Part shown: positions 62,535 through 64,000 of the stretch, one piece after another | How the letters are laid out: each line of letters starts with the position of its first letter | Position numbering within the stretch: the stretch's first letter is position 1 | Assembly: GCA_051531975.1 (NCBI GenBank) | Contig: JAOPTT010000004.1 | Span: forward strand, 96,001 to 160,000 | DNA from: Spirochaetaceae bacterium | Lineage (GTDB): Bacteria; Spirochaetota; Spirochaetia; DSM-2461 | Direction: 5' to 3' | DNA length: 64,000 nucleotides | Notes under the pieces: model-generated | The model's input: only the letters and a program-made list of their open reading frames with translations | What the model was told of the DNA's origin: nothing | Databases searched by the model: none | Made by a program: the position numbers and the translations under genes

Positions 62535-63509
62535 ATGAACTGTTTCCAAGACTTAACTCCAGATAAAATTATACGATGTGCAGAAGAGAGCCTAGATAGA
62601 AAATTTTCTGGTTATCTACATCCATTGCCAAGTTATATTAATAGAGTTTATGAATTAGAGGATTCAGCTGGTGAGCGGTTTATTATTAAATTCTATCGAC
62701 CTGATAGATGGAAATTAGATGCATTAATGGATGAACATGATTTTATCGCCGATTGTTTTGAAGATGAAATACCAGTTGTACCACCTTTAGTACTAAATGG
62801 AGATGGTACATTATCCGATGATGATGGTATCTTTTATGCTATTTTTAATAAAAAATCAGGACGATTAATAGAACTTAATACCGATGACGATTGGATTCGT
62901 TTAGGTGCCATAATTGGCAGGATGCATAGAGCTGGTTACCAGTACGAGGCTCATAATAGAGTAATTCTTCATCCTGAAAAAACAACAAAAGATGATATTG
63001 ATTTTTTATTAGATGAGAATCTAATTCCAGAACCATATAGAAGTGAATTTATTAGATTAACTGATGTACTACTAGAATTGATTATTCCACTTTTTAAGGA
63101 TGTTCCACTACAAAGAATTCATGGAGACTGTCATTGTGGAAATATTTTAGATAGGGATAAAGAGGGGTTAATGTTAATCGATTTTGATGACATGGCAACT
63201 GGGCCAGCTGTTCATGACTTATGGTTATTACTACCTGGTTATTATGCAGATTGTATAACCCAGATGGATCTACTCCTAGAGGGTTATTCTCAGTTCTCTC
63301 ATTTTAATCCAAAACATCTGAAATTGATCGAGCCATTAAGAGCTATGCGTATGATCTATTTTACATCTTGGTGTGGGACCCAGATCGATGATTATAAATT
63401 TATGTTAAATTTTCCTGACTGGGGCTCTGTAGGCTTTTGGGAAAAGGAAATTACAGACTTAGAAGTTCAGCTATCTGTTATTATCGAGGATTTAAAGGAA
63501 AAGGACTAA
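62535..63509 (+). CDS. srkA: Stress response Ser/Thr kinase SrkA (RdoA/YihE)
   Basis: SYINRVY, KFYRPDRW, EH.F, RIHGDCH.GN, DFDD, GPAVHDLW, IEPLRAMR; start set at ATG 62535. Confidence 0.9.
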   Translation: MNCFQDLTPDKIIRCAEESLDRKFSGYLHPLPSYINRVYELEDSAGERFIIKFYRPDRWKLDALMDEHDFIADCFEDEIPVVPPLVLNGDGTLSDDDGIFYAIFNKKSGRLIELNTDDDWIRLGAIIGRMHRAGYQYEAHNRVILHPEKTTKDDIDFLLDENLIPEPYRSEFIRLTDVLLELIIPLFKDVPLQRIHGDCHCGNILDRDKEGLMLIDFDDMATGPAVHDLWLLLPGYYADCITQMDLLLEGYSQFSHFNPKHLKLIEPLRAMRMIYFTSWCGTQIDDYKFMLNFPDWGSVGFWEKEITDLEVQLSVIIEDLKEKD

Positions 63510-64000
63510 TCTATTGGATAGAATGTATATGCTATCCCACCCTTATTAAACCATGCTTTAGATAGGTCTGTTTTATCAAACTTATAAAAATACCCATCTT
63601 CTTTTGCAGAGTCATGAACTAAAGGGTTTCCACTCTTATCAAATCCTGCAAGCATCATTAGATGACCTTTGTATAATGGTGGACCTACTGATATTCCTAT
63701 TCTTCCACCTTTTGCTAAGACTTCCCTAGTATCAGACCAGTTTCTATATCTTGAAACATAACCTTTCAATCCTACTTGGGACGCATTTTGAACTGATCTT
63801 GGCCATACACCATAAATTCCCCAATAGGGATCTTTATTATTTTCAGAAAACAGTAGGGGATCAACTTTTACATCATAACTTTCTAAAATCATTGTTGACA
63901 TTACAGGGGAGCATATGGTTCCTCCGATTTTTGAATCAAGTTTATACTGATTTTTAAAAGAAGTTTCTATATTTATTGGTGCTGGATTATCAATTAATAC
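63506..64000 (-). CDS. C39-like cysteine peptidase domain protein (5'-partial; frame open to window edge)
   Basis: Reading upstream of the track ORF gives ...NQY...GGTICSPVM; downstream GHLMMLAGFD...VHDSA gives a Cys-His-Asp triad. Confidence 0.72.
   Translation of the reverse strand, partial: VLIDNPAPINIETSFKNQYKLDSKIGGTICSPVMSTMILESYDVKVDPLLFSENNKDPYWGIYGVWPRSVQNASQVGLKGYVSRYRNWSDTREVLAKGGRIGISVGPPLYKGHLMMLAGFDKSGNPLVHDSAKEDGYFYKFDKTDLSKAWFNKGGIAYTFYPID

Overview
AT-rich (roughly 30% GC by eye) bacterial chromosomal segment. It is probably from a free-living spirochaete, inferred from the 'SA(S)GxxE'-type signal peptides of the solute-binding proteins and the overall gene mix. Most of the window is densely coding housekeeping, transport and signalling DNA: CheR-CheB-REC/GGDEF, znuCB-like, engB, pyrC, nth, MCPs, livKHMGF, trxB, arginase, REC-CheC-PAS/GGDEF, recQ, sigma54-driven aapJQMP, argA, lacZ-type GH2, a ROK-ABC-GH31-GH15 operon resembling cycloalternan catabolism, murJ and srkA. 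I recognised no rRNA, tRNA, CRISPR array, transposase or integrase. The most striking unexplained structure is a ~210-225 bp intergenic element present three times in direct orientation (40608-40818, 41488-41713, 46935-47159). Each copy has an invariant 17-bp palindrome (ATAGGGAAAATCCCTAT), a second palindrome (ATGA-N10-TCAT), a 22-nt spacer of fixed length but variable sequence, and a TATATT -10 box. These are followed by a ~140-150 nt almost C-free, non-coding body with 6-7 AAAGU motifs and an intrinsic terminator with compensatory changes. I interpret this as a paralogous family of activator-controlled small RNAs, possibly protein sponges built like CsrB/RsmXYZ but with a different motif. 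Copies 1 and 2 bracket an orphan, C-terminally short KwaB-like (DUF4868) gene. Other points of note: an unannotated 58-aa MshEN-like microprotein, many apparently leaderless genes, an L-serine dehydratase homolog lacking its Fe-S cysteines, and an orphan dipicolinate synthase A homolog. Family assignments come from motif recognition by eye, not database searches.
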